A DNA stretch of 26,279 nt from a virus (IMGVR_UViG_3300003394_000003:1-26279), one strand, 5' to 3'. Shown: positions 18,163 through 25,883, counted from the first letter of the stretch. The notes: generated from the sequence alone by a model not told the origin. Translations and numbers: made by a program.

Positions 18163-18169
18163 ATGTCTT

Positions 18170-18193
18170 TAAATATAAATTTAGTTTAAGTTG
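18170..18193 (-). promoter_or_regulatory. Putative late promoter CA-N14-TATATTTA, 7 nt before ATG 18162
   Basis: - strand reads gaCAa cttaaactaaatt TATATTTA aagacat ATG. Confidence 0.65.
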
Positions 18194-18384
18194 TCTACAT
18201 TTTTAGATTTCAATAATCTATCAACTACATCCACAACCATTTGAGATCCGATATAAGCAGTTGATACTATTACCCAATCTCCTGATGTTAAGTTACCTGA
18301 GAAGAGTCCAAAAGATCCAACAGCAAATACTACTAGCTTTCGACTAACGTACTTGTTTATTATTTGATCTAGATTCTTTCTCAT
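18181..18384 (-). CDS. Holin-like membrane protein (67 aa)
   Basis: SRKL motif followed by two hydrophobic segments and a charged C-terminus. Confidence 0.55.
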   Translation of the reverse strand: MRKNLDQIINKYVSRKLVVFAVGSFGLFSGNLTSGDWVIVSTAYIGSQMVVDVVDRLLKSKNVDNLN

Positions 18385-18428
18385 TTGATAGGTAAACTTT
18401 TAATTTTTTAATATTAATAGCAGTGCTC

Positions 18429-19013
18429 TTAGTTACACGTGCTACAGTCGGGATTACAATCTGTTCCGCAATCTTCATAAATCCAAAGGTTTCTATTGTT
18501 ATAAGGTATATTAGTTTGAATTCCACTGAAATAACTAGTTCTAGCATTTCTTGGCATACCATTTCCAGACCATGTTAACCATTCTTGGAACATGTTTGGA
18601 TGTTGGCGTAAGAATTCTCTCATTCTTTCATCGTAAAATTGAGCAGTTTCCATTGTAGCTTCTCTCAAATACTGTAATTCTTGTAGTGATGTTGGTTGAG
18701 TTTCTTCACTAGTACCATTTAAGATACCTTTTTCAACTAACTTATACTTTAAATTAGGCATAATCAAATACAATGCATATTGCATCAAAGTTGGTCCTAC
18801 ATAATCTTTAAGGAATGCTTCTTCATCTACTGTAAGATCATTAAGTTTTACACCTTCTTTAAGTCTATTAAAGAATCTGGTACCTAAACTATCTTGTACA
18901 TAAATTTCTTGAGCATTTAGAATACTTGGCGTTAGGACATCAATTCGAATGTTTTTATCTAAAGCAGTCCATTGCTTCATTCTTTGTTCTGATACTAATA
19001 ATACAGTTTCCAT
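18429..19013 (-). CDS. Head-tail adaptor/connector protein (probable)
   Basis: 194-aa helical protein immediately after the portal gene (AQEIYVQDSLGT..F motif), with a Cys-rich C-tail. Confidence 0.6.
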   Translation of the reverse strand: METVLLVSEQRMKQWTALDKNIRIDVLTPSILNAQEIYVQDSLGTRFFNRLKEGVKLNDLTVDEEAFLKDYVGPTLMQYALYLIMPNLKYKLVEKGILNGTSEETQPTSLQELQYLREATMETAQFYDERMREFLRQHPNMFQEWLTWSGNGMPRNARTSYFSGIQTNIPYNNRNLWIYEDCGTDCNPDCSTCN

Positions 19014-20176
19014 TATGCTTGTGGTATATTGTTAATGTTTTGATCTTCAGGAGCATTTGGTCCTTCAGCCTGTTCCATTGGTATTTCTATTAATTTATTA
19101 GGAATAACACAAATTCTTATATTATATCCAGCTAATTTAAGAATGTAACCAAAACTTGTTGTGATTTTCTTTCTTTTAGGTTCGATTACAGTACCTTCAA
19201 AGTGTGCGTAACTAACTTTAATTTCATCTGCATTAGAACTGAATCCCGCAGCATCCTTGATACCTAATAATAAAGGCGATGTAATTCTATGTGCAGTCAA
19301 AATACGTGAAGAGATGCGTTCTTCTAATGTTAGGTAATAACCATCATTAGCTGCAGTAATTGGAGTTACTTCTGGTGCTGTGTCAGCGTCTGAGAATGAT
19401 AAAAAGAATCTACCAGCATTTTCTTCACCAGCATAAGTTTCTTGAATTTCTCTATAAACTTCTGATCTTTGTTCTGGTGTTGGTATACCATTTCTAAATG
19501 CAATGAATAAAGATGGTGCTAAACCATTTGTAATATTATTGACATGAAAACGACTGACTTTAGCATCAAGATTAATATCATTTAGAGCAGCAACATAAGC
19601 AGGTAGTGGATAATAGTCATTACCCGGTGTATACCCATAATAATAAAATATTTGAGACGCGTCATCACCTTTGTTTTCTGTTGGATCGAATGCTTTATAT
19701 CTGGTTTCAGGATATTTTCTTAAATTAGCCCAATTGCTTGAGTAATAATAAGAATCAATAATATCATCTTCATTCATTTTACCAGATCTAACATTGTTAA
19801 ATGGTAAGTGATATACTTCAGCAATAGCAGTTCTCTCTTTATTCCAGATCACATTTAAAGCATATCCTTGATACAATGAATAATCTAATACAATCTTTTC
19901 AAAGATATCATCAATAGTCTCGCCCTTAGTGTTTATGTACTCTTCACCAATTGTTTTGATACCTTCACCAAAGATACCATCTTTAATTGCATCAATAGCA
20001 GTGTGATGCATTGCTGAGCTATCATATAACTCAATTAATTTCTCTGGAAATAAGTTAAGTTCTCCGTAGAAAACATAATCTTTATTTCTAATTTCTTTAA
20101 TTATTGGCAATGCTGGTGCAGCAAATGCACTACCTTTTACCGAATAAATATTCTTGTTGTCTTCTTTATTTTCCAT
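19013..20176 (-). CDS. Portal protein
   Basis: 387 aa with HK97-like portal features (YYPLPAY, NNITNGLAPS, GEENAG, ILTAHRITSPLLLGI). Confidence 0.85.
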   Translation of the reverse strand: MENKEDNKNIYSVKGSAFAAPALPIIKEIRNKDYVFYGELNLFPEKLIELYDSSAMHHTAIDAIKDGIFGEGIKTIGEEYINTKGETIDDIFEKIVLDYSLYQGYALNVIWNKERTAIAEVYHLPFNNVRSGKMNEDDIIDSYYYSSNWANLRKYPETRYKAFDPTENKGDDASQIFYYYGYTPGNDYYPLPAYVAALNDINLDAKVSRFHVNNITNGLAPSLFIAFRNGIPTPEQRSEVYREIQETYAGEENAGRFFLSFSDADTAPEVTPITAANDGYYLTLEERISSRILTAHRITSPLLLGIKDAAGFSSNADEIKVSYAHFEGTVIEPKRKKITTSFGYILKLAGYNIRICVIPNKLIEIPMEQAEGPNAPEDQNINNIPQA

Positions 20177-20184
20177 ATTTGATT

Positions 20185-20544
20185 TTAATAGTTTGGTCTA
20201 TAATATACTTCGGATTCTCTATTTTCAGTTACAGTTCCAGAATTATATTCTAATATATTTATTCCACCTCCTGGCTCGCATATAATTTTAGCATAACCTT
20301 CTTCGAATATCTCAGTATTATTTGAAATAGTATAGTAATAGACACCATTTTTGTGTTCATCTTTGAAATTAATTCCAAAGTCTACTTCTAATTCAGTATA
20401 TCTTGCATTTTGAGATATTAATAATGCTGGAAATGGTTCAGGTATCTTAGCATAACCACTAGTTAAAGTGAATACTAAGTCTCCAGTTATTTCTACATTA
20501 TTAGAGTAAATCAATTTTAATTGTTGATCAATGTATACAGTCAT
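20185..20544 (-). CDS. Hypothetical (probably structural) protein preceding portal
   Basis: 119-aa beta-rich ORF, first gene after a late-type motif. Confidence 0.6.
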   Translation of the reverse strand: MTVYIDQQLKLIYSNNVEITGDLVFTLTSGYAKIPEPFPALLISQNARYTELEVDFGINFKDEHKNGVYYYTISNNTEIFEEGYAKIICEPGGGINILEYNSGTVTENRESEVYYRPNY

Positions 20545-20569
20545 TTAAATTGTGTATGTTTGTTATCTT

Positions 20570-20593
20570 TAAATATAAAAGACTAAGATGTTG
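20570..20593 (-). promoter_or_regulatory. Putative late promoter CA-N14-TATATTTA (portal operon)
   Basis: - strand reads taCAa catcttagtcttt TATATTTA. Confidence 0.65.
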
Positions 20594-20598
20594 TAATT

Positions 20599-20628
20599 TG
20601 AAACAGTTTTACGCAACTAGCATATAAT
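20599..20628 (+). promoter_or_regulatory. Putative early promoter TGAAAC-N18-TATAAT
   Basis: TGAAAC agttttacgcaactagca TATAAT, upstream of ORF 20678. Confidence 0.6.
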
Positions 20629-20677
20629 AAATGTCTTTAGCCTCAAAGGTAGATTAGGTGGGACTAATATATACATT

Positions 20678-21145
20678 ATGACAATATACGGTGAACACAC
20701 AGCAGAAGAGATCTTACCAATTAATAGTGTTAAAGATCCTAGATTTCAAACATGGCTAAGAGAAATTCTTAAATTGGATTGGAATGGTTATGAATTATGG
20801 TTATACGGAGGAATATTAGAGAACAGAAAGACTGCAGATATTGATGGGTGTTTCATTGGAGCTCCAGATCCAACTCGAATAGAATATCTATTAGATAACA
20901 TAGTAAGAATTAGTTTTGCATTAGGGATCTACCCAGACATTCAATATAATATTACTGGAGAGTTATATGATCCTCTTATTGATAAACAGAAAACTATTAC
21001 ATATGCATATTATAGACAATATCTAAACTATAAAGGAATGGAATTTAATAGAGGTCTACCAAAAGATGGCTTCTTTCAAAGAGAAATTAAATGGCCACAT
21101 AGTAAAGAAAGTATAATGCCTCAACATCCAATTCAGATAATTTAA
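20678..21145 (+). CDS. Minimal Pol-beta-superfamily nucleotidyltransferase-like protein
   Basis: LWLYGGILENRKTADIDGCF fits hG[GS]x7-13DhD, with a candidate third Asp in YPDIQY. Confidence 0.6.
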   Translation: MTIYGEHTAEEILPINSVKDPRFQTWLREILKLDWNGYELWLYGGILENRKTADIDGCFIGAPDPTRIEYLLDNIVRISFALGIYPDIQYNITGELYDPLIDKQKTITYAYYRQYLNYKGMEFNRGLPKDGFFQREIKWPHSKESIMPQHPIQII

Positions 21146-21170
21146 ACTATTTAGAATATCTACATATAAA
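21143..21170 (+). promoter_or_regulatory. Putative early promoter TAAAC-N17-TATAAA
   Basis: TAAAC tatttagaatatctaca TATAAA, 11 nt before ATG 21182. Confidence 0.55.
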
Positions 21171-21181
21171 AATAAAAAATT

Positions 21182-21634
21182 ATGACAACATATTATATTT
21201 ACGAAGTACCAGGACATAAAATAGGAGCTACTATTAATTGGGATAAAAGATCTTTAGAAAATACTAGAATGTATAATATATCACCAATTATTGTAGAAAC
21301 GATACAAGGTCCTAATACAGCAGAAATGTGGCAAATAGTAGGAGATCGTGAATGGGAATTAGCAAACAAACATGAATACAATAAAGGAGAACATTATAGA
21401 ATTGCTAGAGAAAAAAGAATAAAAGCAAATTTAAAAGGTGCACGTTTAGGAGGTTTAGCAGGTAAAAATAAACCTAATAAACATTTAAGATCTTTAACAA
21501 CAGATCAAATATTAGAGATTAAATCAAAATATATTCCTAAACTATATAATCAAGCCAGATTATCAAAAGAATATAATGTTACAGTTATGACTATATCTAA
21601 TGTTTTAAACAATAAATTTTATAAAATAGAATAA
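21182..21634 (+). CDS. GIY-YIG-like endonuclease with C-terminal HTH (homing-endonuclease-like)
   Basis: YYIYE...KIGAT...R...E N-terminal pattern and C-terminal LTTDQILEIK...QARLSKEYNVTVMTISNV HTH. Confidence 0.55.
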   Translation: MTTYYIYEVPGHKIGATINWDKRSLENTRMYNISPIIVETIQGPNTAEMWQIVGDREWELANKHEYNKGEHYRIAREKRIKANLKGARLGGLAGKNKPNKHLRSLTTDQILEIKSKYIPKLYNQARLSKEYNVTVMTISNVLNNKFYKIE

Positions 21635-21636
21635 AA

Positions 21637-21665
21637 TGAAACTGTTTCCAATACCTCAGTATAAT
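21637..21665 (+). promoter_or_regulatory. Putative early promoter TGAAAC-N17-TATAAT
   Basis: TGAAAC tgtttccaatacctcag TATAAT cagtata. Confidence 0.7.
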
Positions 21666-21688
21666 CAGTATAACTTTAAATAATTATA

Positions 21689-21922
21689 ATGGAAACACAA
21701 TTCAAATCAAAACCAACAGATCCTAAAGTACAAGCTTGGATCGATGCTGAACATGCAGCAACAATGTTACCTAACGCTATCAGCGATTTAACAGAAGCAG
21801 TAACAGAGTTAACAAATCAAAAATGTGACTTTACTGGATGGAACGTACCAGAATGTTTATCTAACATCTACTACGAAATGAAAAGAATGAATGATCTTAA
21901 AGAAAAAGAATTAGGATTGTAA
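21689..21922 (+). CDS. Hypothetical early protein (77 aa)
   Basis: ORF with its own promoter motif and terminator; no family recognised. Confidence 0.7.
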   Translation: METQFKSKPTDPKVQAWIDAEHAATMLPNAISDLTEAVTELTNQKCDFTGWNVPECLSNIYYEMKRMNDLKEKELGL

Positions 21923-21949
21923 AGATAAGGTCGAAAGACCTTTCTTTTT
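21921..21949 (+). terminator. Intrinsic terminator, possibly bidirectional
   Basis: aaggtc-GAAA-gacctt hairpin followed by tcttttt; the - strand side is followed by atcttt. Confidence 0.7.
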
Positions 21950-22012
21950 AATAATAAATATCAGAGTTTCTCGTAAGGCGGAGACTATACTCTAGATTGT
22001 CTCTACCTGTTT
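21921..22012 (-). ncRNA. Candidate ~90-nt structured small RNA
   Basis: Lies downstream of promoter motif 22019-22047, contains hairpin aggtagagac / gtctccgcct, and ends at the 21927 hairpin. Ends are approximate. Confidence 0.4.
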
Positions 22013-22018
22013 CCATTA

Positions 22019-22047
22019 GTTATAGAGATTATTTTGAGTTAGTTTCA
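22019..22047 (-). promoter_or_regulatory. Putative early promoter TGAAAC-N17-TATAAC with no downstream CDS
   Basis: - strand reads TGAAAC taactcaaaataatctc TATAAC. Confidence 0.55.
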
Positions 22048-22057
22048 CATTACGCAT

Positions 22058-22088
22058 AAAAAAAGCCACTAATTTCTTAGTGGCTTTC
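22058..22088 (-). terminator. Intrinsic terminator after the capsid/tail-tube operon
   Basis: Stem aaagccactaa / ttagtggcttt with a T run on the - strand. Confidence 0.85.
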
Positions 22089-22108
22089 TAGTTTATTATC
22101 GTTTAAGA

Positions 22109-22624
22109 TTACTCTACGATTGTACCTGTTACTGCGTACATCGGAGCTTTTTCCATTCCACCTACTACGATTTCGTATCCTGATCTATCTGCGTATGCAA
22201 CACCTGATACAGAAGTACCTGAAGTCATAAATGCACCTCTTTCGATTCCGATTGACCAATATAAACCGTTGTTATCTTTTGCTACAACAACCATTGAAGT
22301 TGCTTCAGCCATTAATAAGATTTGGTTTCTTTTAGTTGCACTCATTTTATTGAATACCATTGTCAATTGTTGATCGTAAGTAACTGTACCATTCTCTTGT
22401 GTTGGAGTAATAGTTTCAGTTAATGAAGAAGTTTGTCTTGGAGTATCGAAAACGAAGAAATCAGCTGGAACTAATGGACTACCACCAACGTTGATCGCTG
22501 TGATTATACCTGCGGCTTCTGTGATAGATGTAACTGGTCCATTAGCGATAAATAATTTCTCTATACCACCTTGTGAATCGTTACAATCTAATGTAAAACC
22601 GGCTGTTAAATTGCTACATGCCAT
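22109..22624 (-). CDS. Probable major tail (tube) protein
   Basis: 171 aa, beta-rich, MACS...DC.DS.GGI start, VVAKDNNG.YW and G.AYADRSGY motifs; directly after the capsid gene and before a strong terminator. Confidence 0.6.
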   Translation of the reverse strand: MACSNLTAGFTLDCNDSQGGIEKLFIANGPVTSITEAAGIITAINVGGSPLVPADFFVFDTPRQTSSLTETITPTQENGTVTYDQQLTMVFNKMSATKRNQILLMAEATSMVVVAKDNNGLYWSIGIERGAFMTSGTSVSGVAYADRSGYEIVVGGMEKAPMYAVTGTIVE

Positions 22625-22687
22625 AATTGTCTTTGTTTATATTTTTATAAAGACTAGAGACCGAAGCCTCTAGCCTAATTTAATTGA

Positions 22688-23587
22688 TTATGCTAATCCG
22701 TTAGTAGAGAATAAGTTAACTTCACCTACTCCAACTCCTAATCTCCAAGCAGCTCTAAATTTCATTACGTCAATACCTTGATCGTAGAAGAATACGAATG
22801 AATCTAATTCATCTTGTAGTCCAGTAGCAGCTATGATCATTTTAGATGGTCCAGCAAATACGTAGTTAGATCCAACTAATCCAGAAGACATTACGATTTT
22901 AACGTTAGTTCCAGGAAGGATCATCACTTCATTACCTTCAACTGAAGGGAAGTGGTATAAGTTTTGAGCTACTAAAGCTCTAACTAAAGTTCTGTAGTTA
23001 GCAGGAGAACATACCATGATCAAATCGTCTCTGTTGATTACAGCTTCGTCGATAGCGTCATAGATGTTTAATGCTTGTTCTACTGCATTTGATACAGTCC
23101 AAGCTGCTGGAGTACCAACTGCGATGTTAGCTCCGTTAGCTACAGTGATGATGTCTTTAAGACCATCAGTAGTTCCAAATCCATTGATTAAGAATCCTTC
23201 GTTGTATTTAGCCAATTTATCTACATAAGATTGAGTAATTACTTCTTCAAAAGGAATGAAATCATTACCAGTACCTGCATTCATAAATGCTGATTGGTAT
23301 ACATTTCTTAAGTCTTCTGGACATAATTCAGTTTTTGATTGCAATGACTCGATAGTTACTGGAACTTGAGTGTAAGTTACTTCACCATCTGAAGTCCAAC
23401 CACAAGATAATGCAGAAACTGGTAAAGCTGCATCAACTAAGTTGATTGTAAAAGTACCACTTGTGAATCCTGTTCTCAAGTCTAAGTACTGTAATAAGTC
23501 TGTTTTTAATACAACTTTAGCAATTAAGTCTAAACTCAATTGGTCTGTATAAGCTGGTAAAGCGCTAGTGTTAAATCCTGCTGCCAT
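22688..23587 (-). CDS. Major capsid protein
   Basis: 299 aa, follows the scaffold gene, and has motifs consistent with an HK97 fold (ELCPEDL, PFEEVI, GFLING). Confidence 0.8.
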   Translation of the reverse strand: MAAGFNTSALPAYTDQLSLDLIAKVVLKTDLLQYLDLRTGFTSGTFTINLVDAALPVSALSCGWTSDGEVTYTQVPVTIESLQSKTELCPEDLRNVYQSAFMNAGTGNDFIPFEEVITQSYVDKLAKYNEGFLINGFGTTDGLKDIITVANGANIAVGTPAAWTVSNAVEQALNIYDAIDEAVINRDDLIMVCSPANYRTLVRALVAQNLYHFPSVEGNEVMILPGTNVKIVMSSGLVGSNYVFAGPSKMIIAATGLQDELDSFVFFYDQGIDVMKFRAAWRLGVGVGEVNLFSTNGLA

Positions 23588-23609
23588 AGTTAATTTGTTT
23601 GTTTTTTTA

Positions 23610-24176
23610 TTATTTGATTATTGATTTACGTAAAGCAGCCAACTGAGTTAATCTAGCGTCTGATTTAGAATTTTTATCTGCTAATACTTCAGCAAATGTG
23701 TTTTTTACTTTAGATGCAGCTGGTTCAGCAGCCATCTTTTCAAAGCGTTGTGATAATGCTACTACTTCTTCTTTAAGTACTGCAATTTCTTCTGTGAAAG
23801 GAGCAATAAGTTCTGCGATTCCAGCTAAAAGATCTTGAGTTGCAACGATAGCTTCAGGAGCTACATCAACAGGAAGTGTTACATCTTCCATTGCTTCTTC
23901 AGCAACTTCAGGAGCTTCTTCAGCTACTGTAGATACTTCAGTTATTTCACCGTTAGCACCAACTGAGATGATTTTACCATCACTAGTTTCGTGTTTTCCT
24001 TCAGGAGCAAATGGATCTTCAGAAACTCCTTCTCCAGCTCTTACGAATAAGATAGCGCCAGGAACGAATTCACCTTCAGAATAAACTTGTGTACCATCTA
24101 CTAATGTAGCTTCCGCGAAATTGAACTGAGCACCAAGCATAACTTTCAACTTTCTAATTACGTTTGTTACGTTCAT
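23610..24176 (-). CDS. Capsid scaffolding-like protein
   Basis: Acidic Glu/Ala-rich protein with APEGKHETSDG motif and C-terminal coiled coil, just upstream of the capsid gene. Start trimmed to MNVTNV, downstream of the late motif. Confidence 0.65.
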   Translation of the reverse strand: MNVTNVIRKLKVMLGAQFNFAEATLVDGTQVYSEGEFVPGAILFVRAGEGVSEDPFAPEGKHETSDGKIISVGANGEITEVSTVAEEAPEVAEEAMEDVTLPVDVAPEAIVATQDLLAGIAELIAPFTEEIAVLKEEVVALSQRFEKMAAEPAASKVKNTFAEVLADKNSKSDARLTQLAALRKSIIK

Positions 24177-24299
24177 ATTTTTAAAATTTATTTTGTTTGT
24201 ACAATCAATTGACTGTATGCTATTAAATATAGAATAGTTCAAAACTGACAAAAGTTAAACTTTATGTCTAACCTTTATATAATATTAAAGAAAATTAAT

Positions 24300-24455
24300 A
24301 TGGAGCCAAGAAAACTAAGCTTATTTCAAGCCGCAAAGATCAGAGAGTACTACGAAGCTGGCGCAACGCAGAATAGATTAGCCACAATGTATGGCGTTAG
24401 TAAACAAACTATCAAATCAATAGTACAAAGAAAAACGTATCAGCAAGGCGTTTAG
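24300..24455 (+). CDS. Duplicate of small HTH protein (263..418)
   Basis: Lies within the terminal repeat. Confidence 0.75.
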   Translation: MEPRKLSLFQAAKIREYYEAGATQNRLATMYGVSKQTIKSIVQRKTYQQGV

Positions 24456-24610
24456 TCTTGCTGATCTTTATTCTTATTAGCAGATCTAATCCTAATCACA
24501 TTAAGTATAATACCTGACACAAGAAGTGCCACTGTTAATATTGCTTGTGCGTTAACTAAATACGCACCAATGCCTACGTAACCTACTAGGTTTGCTGCAC
24601 TATCTTTCAT
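24452..24610 (-). CDS. Duplicate of holin-like protein (415..573)
   Basis: Lies within the terminal repeat. Confidence 0.65.
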   Translation of the reverse strand: MKDSAANLVGYVGIGAYLVNAQAILTVALLVSGIILNVIRIRSANKNKDQQD

Positions 24611-24614
24611 TTGA

Positions 24615-25883
24615 TCACCCATTTTTTGTTGTTGTTCGTTCTATAAACTGACCTGCAATTGAAAATCCATTCAGTTTACCTTCTTTGATTTGATTCCAAG
24701 TCTCTTCGTTATTTATTTTATATGACACATACCAATCACCTTTTGCTGGTTCAAATCCTAAAGCTACTGCTTTATCCATTTCAGGATCTTCTACGATCCA
24801 TGATTCGATTAAAGTATTCTCTTCATTTGGATTCATACTGTGGTTTATATCTGTCATATGTTGTTTGTGTTCTTTTAAGAATTTCTCTGAAAGTTTTTTA
24901 ACTGTTTCTGCTGTAAAGTATACGTGAAATATCTCTTTAGTTACCTCATCTTTACGAGGTATCATTTGCCATGGTCTCATTGCTGGACCAGTAATAACTC
25001 TTTGTTCTTCATCTGCTGCAAATGACCATTGTTTAGATAATCTTGCATTATTTCTTACATATCCAGTAGGACTAGGTTCTGAGCTGTTGTTAGACTCACC
25101 AGCCAATCCAGCTGCAGGTCCTTCAGATATTACTATGTTTCTACCACTATTAGATCTGAATACTCTAAGTTGCTCCCAATAATGAGTACAATTTACAGAT
25201 CCTTTATAATCAAAAATACTATAGAAGTTAGTTCCACCAGGACCGAAGCCAAAGTTAACTCCGTCCATCATGTTAATTTCTGCTCTAGTGTAGATTTTAC
25301 CTAATGCAAGTAATGCTTTACAAAAGTTTCTTTGTGCGCTAGGTCCAGTATATCTGTAACTAGGTTCTGGTACTTGTTGTGCACCACTATTAGATATTTG
25401 TGCGAGTACATCTAATGCATCGATACCTCTTAAGAATTCACCAACAGTTTCAAACTCTTCTTTAGCAAGACTTACAAATGTAGTATTAGCCATATCTAAA
25501 ACTTCACCAACTTCTGGTCTTGAAGCCATTTCTAATACAGCATCTTGATATGCATCAAAGTCAGCTTTTTTTGGTTTTAGTCCATCTACTTCATCTACGT
25601 ATTTTGGAAGTGCATCTGTGTTTGCTTCAAAACTACCATAACAAATAGCAGCAGCTTCATCTTGATCATAACCTTCTTTAATAAGTTGAGGTATGCAACG
25701 ACCAATATAATCTTCTTCAGATTCACCGATGATTTTATCTACAAATTGATGTGCAGCGAATGCAGCCCAATTAACACCAATTGCTGGCGTCTCAACTAGT
25801 GACATAATTTCGATAGCAACATCGTCAAATTCCATGCCATCTACTTCTACTTGAAGTTCTACTATTTTATTGATTCTACTCAT
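24615..25883 (-). CDS. Duplicate of XkdF-like prohead protease (578..1846)
   Basis: Identical translation; lies within the terminal repeat. Confidence 0.8.
   Translation of the reverse strand: MSRINKIVELQVEVDGMEFDDVAIEIMSLVETPAIGVNWAAFAAHQFVDKIIGESEEDYIGRCIPQLIKEGYDQDEAAAICYGSFEANTDALPKYVDEVDGLKPKKADFDAYQDAVLEMASRPEVGEVLDMANTTFVSLAKEEFETVGEFLRGIDALDVLAQISNSGAQQVPEPSYRYTGPSAQRNFCKALLALGKIYTRAEINMMDGVNFGFGPGGTNFYSIFDYKGSVNCTHYWEQLRVFRSNSGRNIVISEGPAAGLAGESNNSSEPSPTGYVRNNARLSKQWSFAADEEQRVITGPAMRPWQMIPRKDEVTKEIFHVYFTAETVKKLSEKFLKEHKQHMTDINHSMNPNEENTLIESWIVEDPEMDKAVALGFEPAKGDWYVSYKINNEETWNQIKEGKLNGFSIAGQFIERTTTKNG

Larger units (their letters stand above)
1..24037. mobile_element. Complete tailed bacteriophage genome (Caudoviricetes, probably siphovirus-like), one unit length
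   Basis: Terminase, portal, protease, capsid, tape measure and tail genes are present, with circular overlap and no host housekeeping genes. No sheath gene recognised. Confidence 0.93.

Noticed and set aside
20632-20677. Relatively GC-rich leader before the NTase gene as a riboswitch
   Set aside because: Only weak pairing is visible and I recognise no aptamer consensus.
21948-22016. Short - strand ORF METGRDNLEYSLRLTRNSDIYY
   Set aside because: Its ATG lies 2 nt from the -10 box, upstream of the likely TSS, and just past a terminator, so it is unlikely to be translated.
22654-22673. Hairpin ctagag...ctctag between the capsid and tail tube genes
   Set aside because: Weak stem with an imperfect U-tract. 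It could be a partial terminator but is not supportable as a feature.
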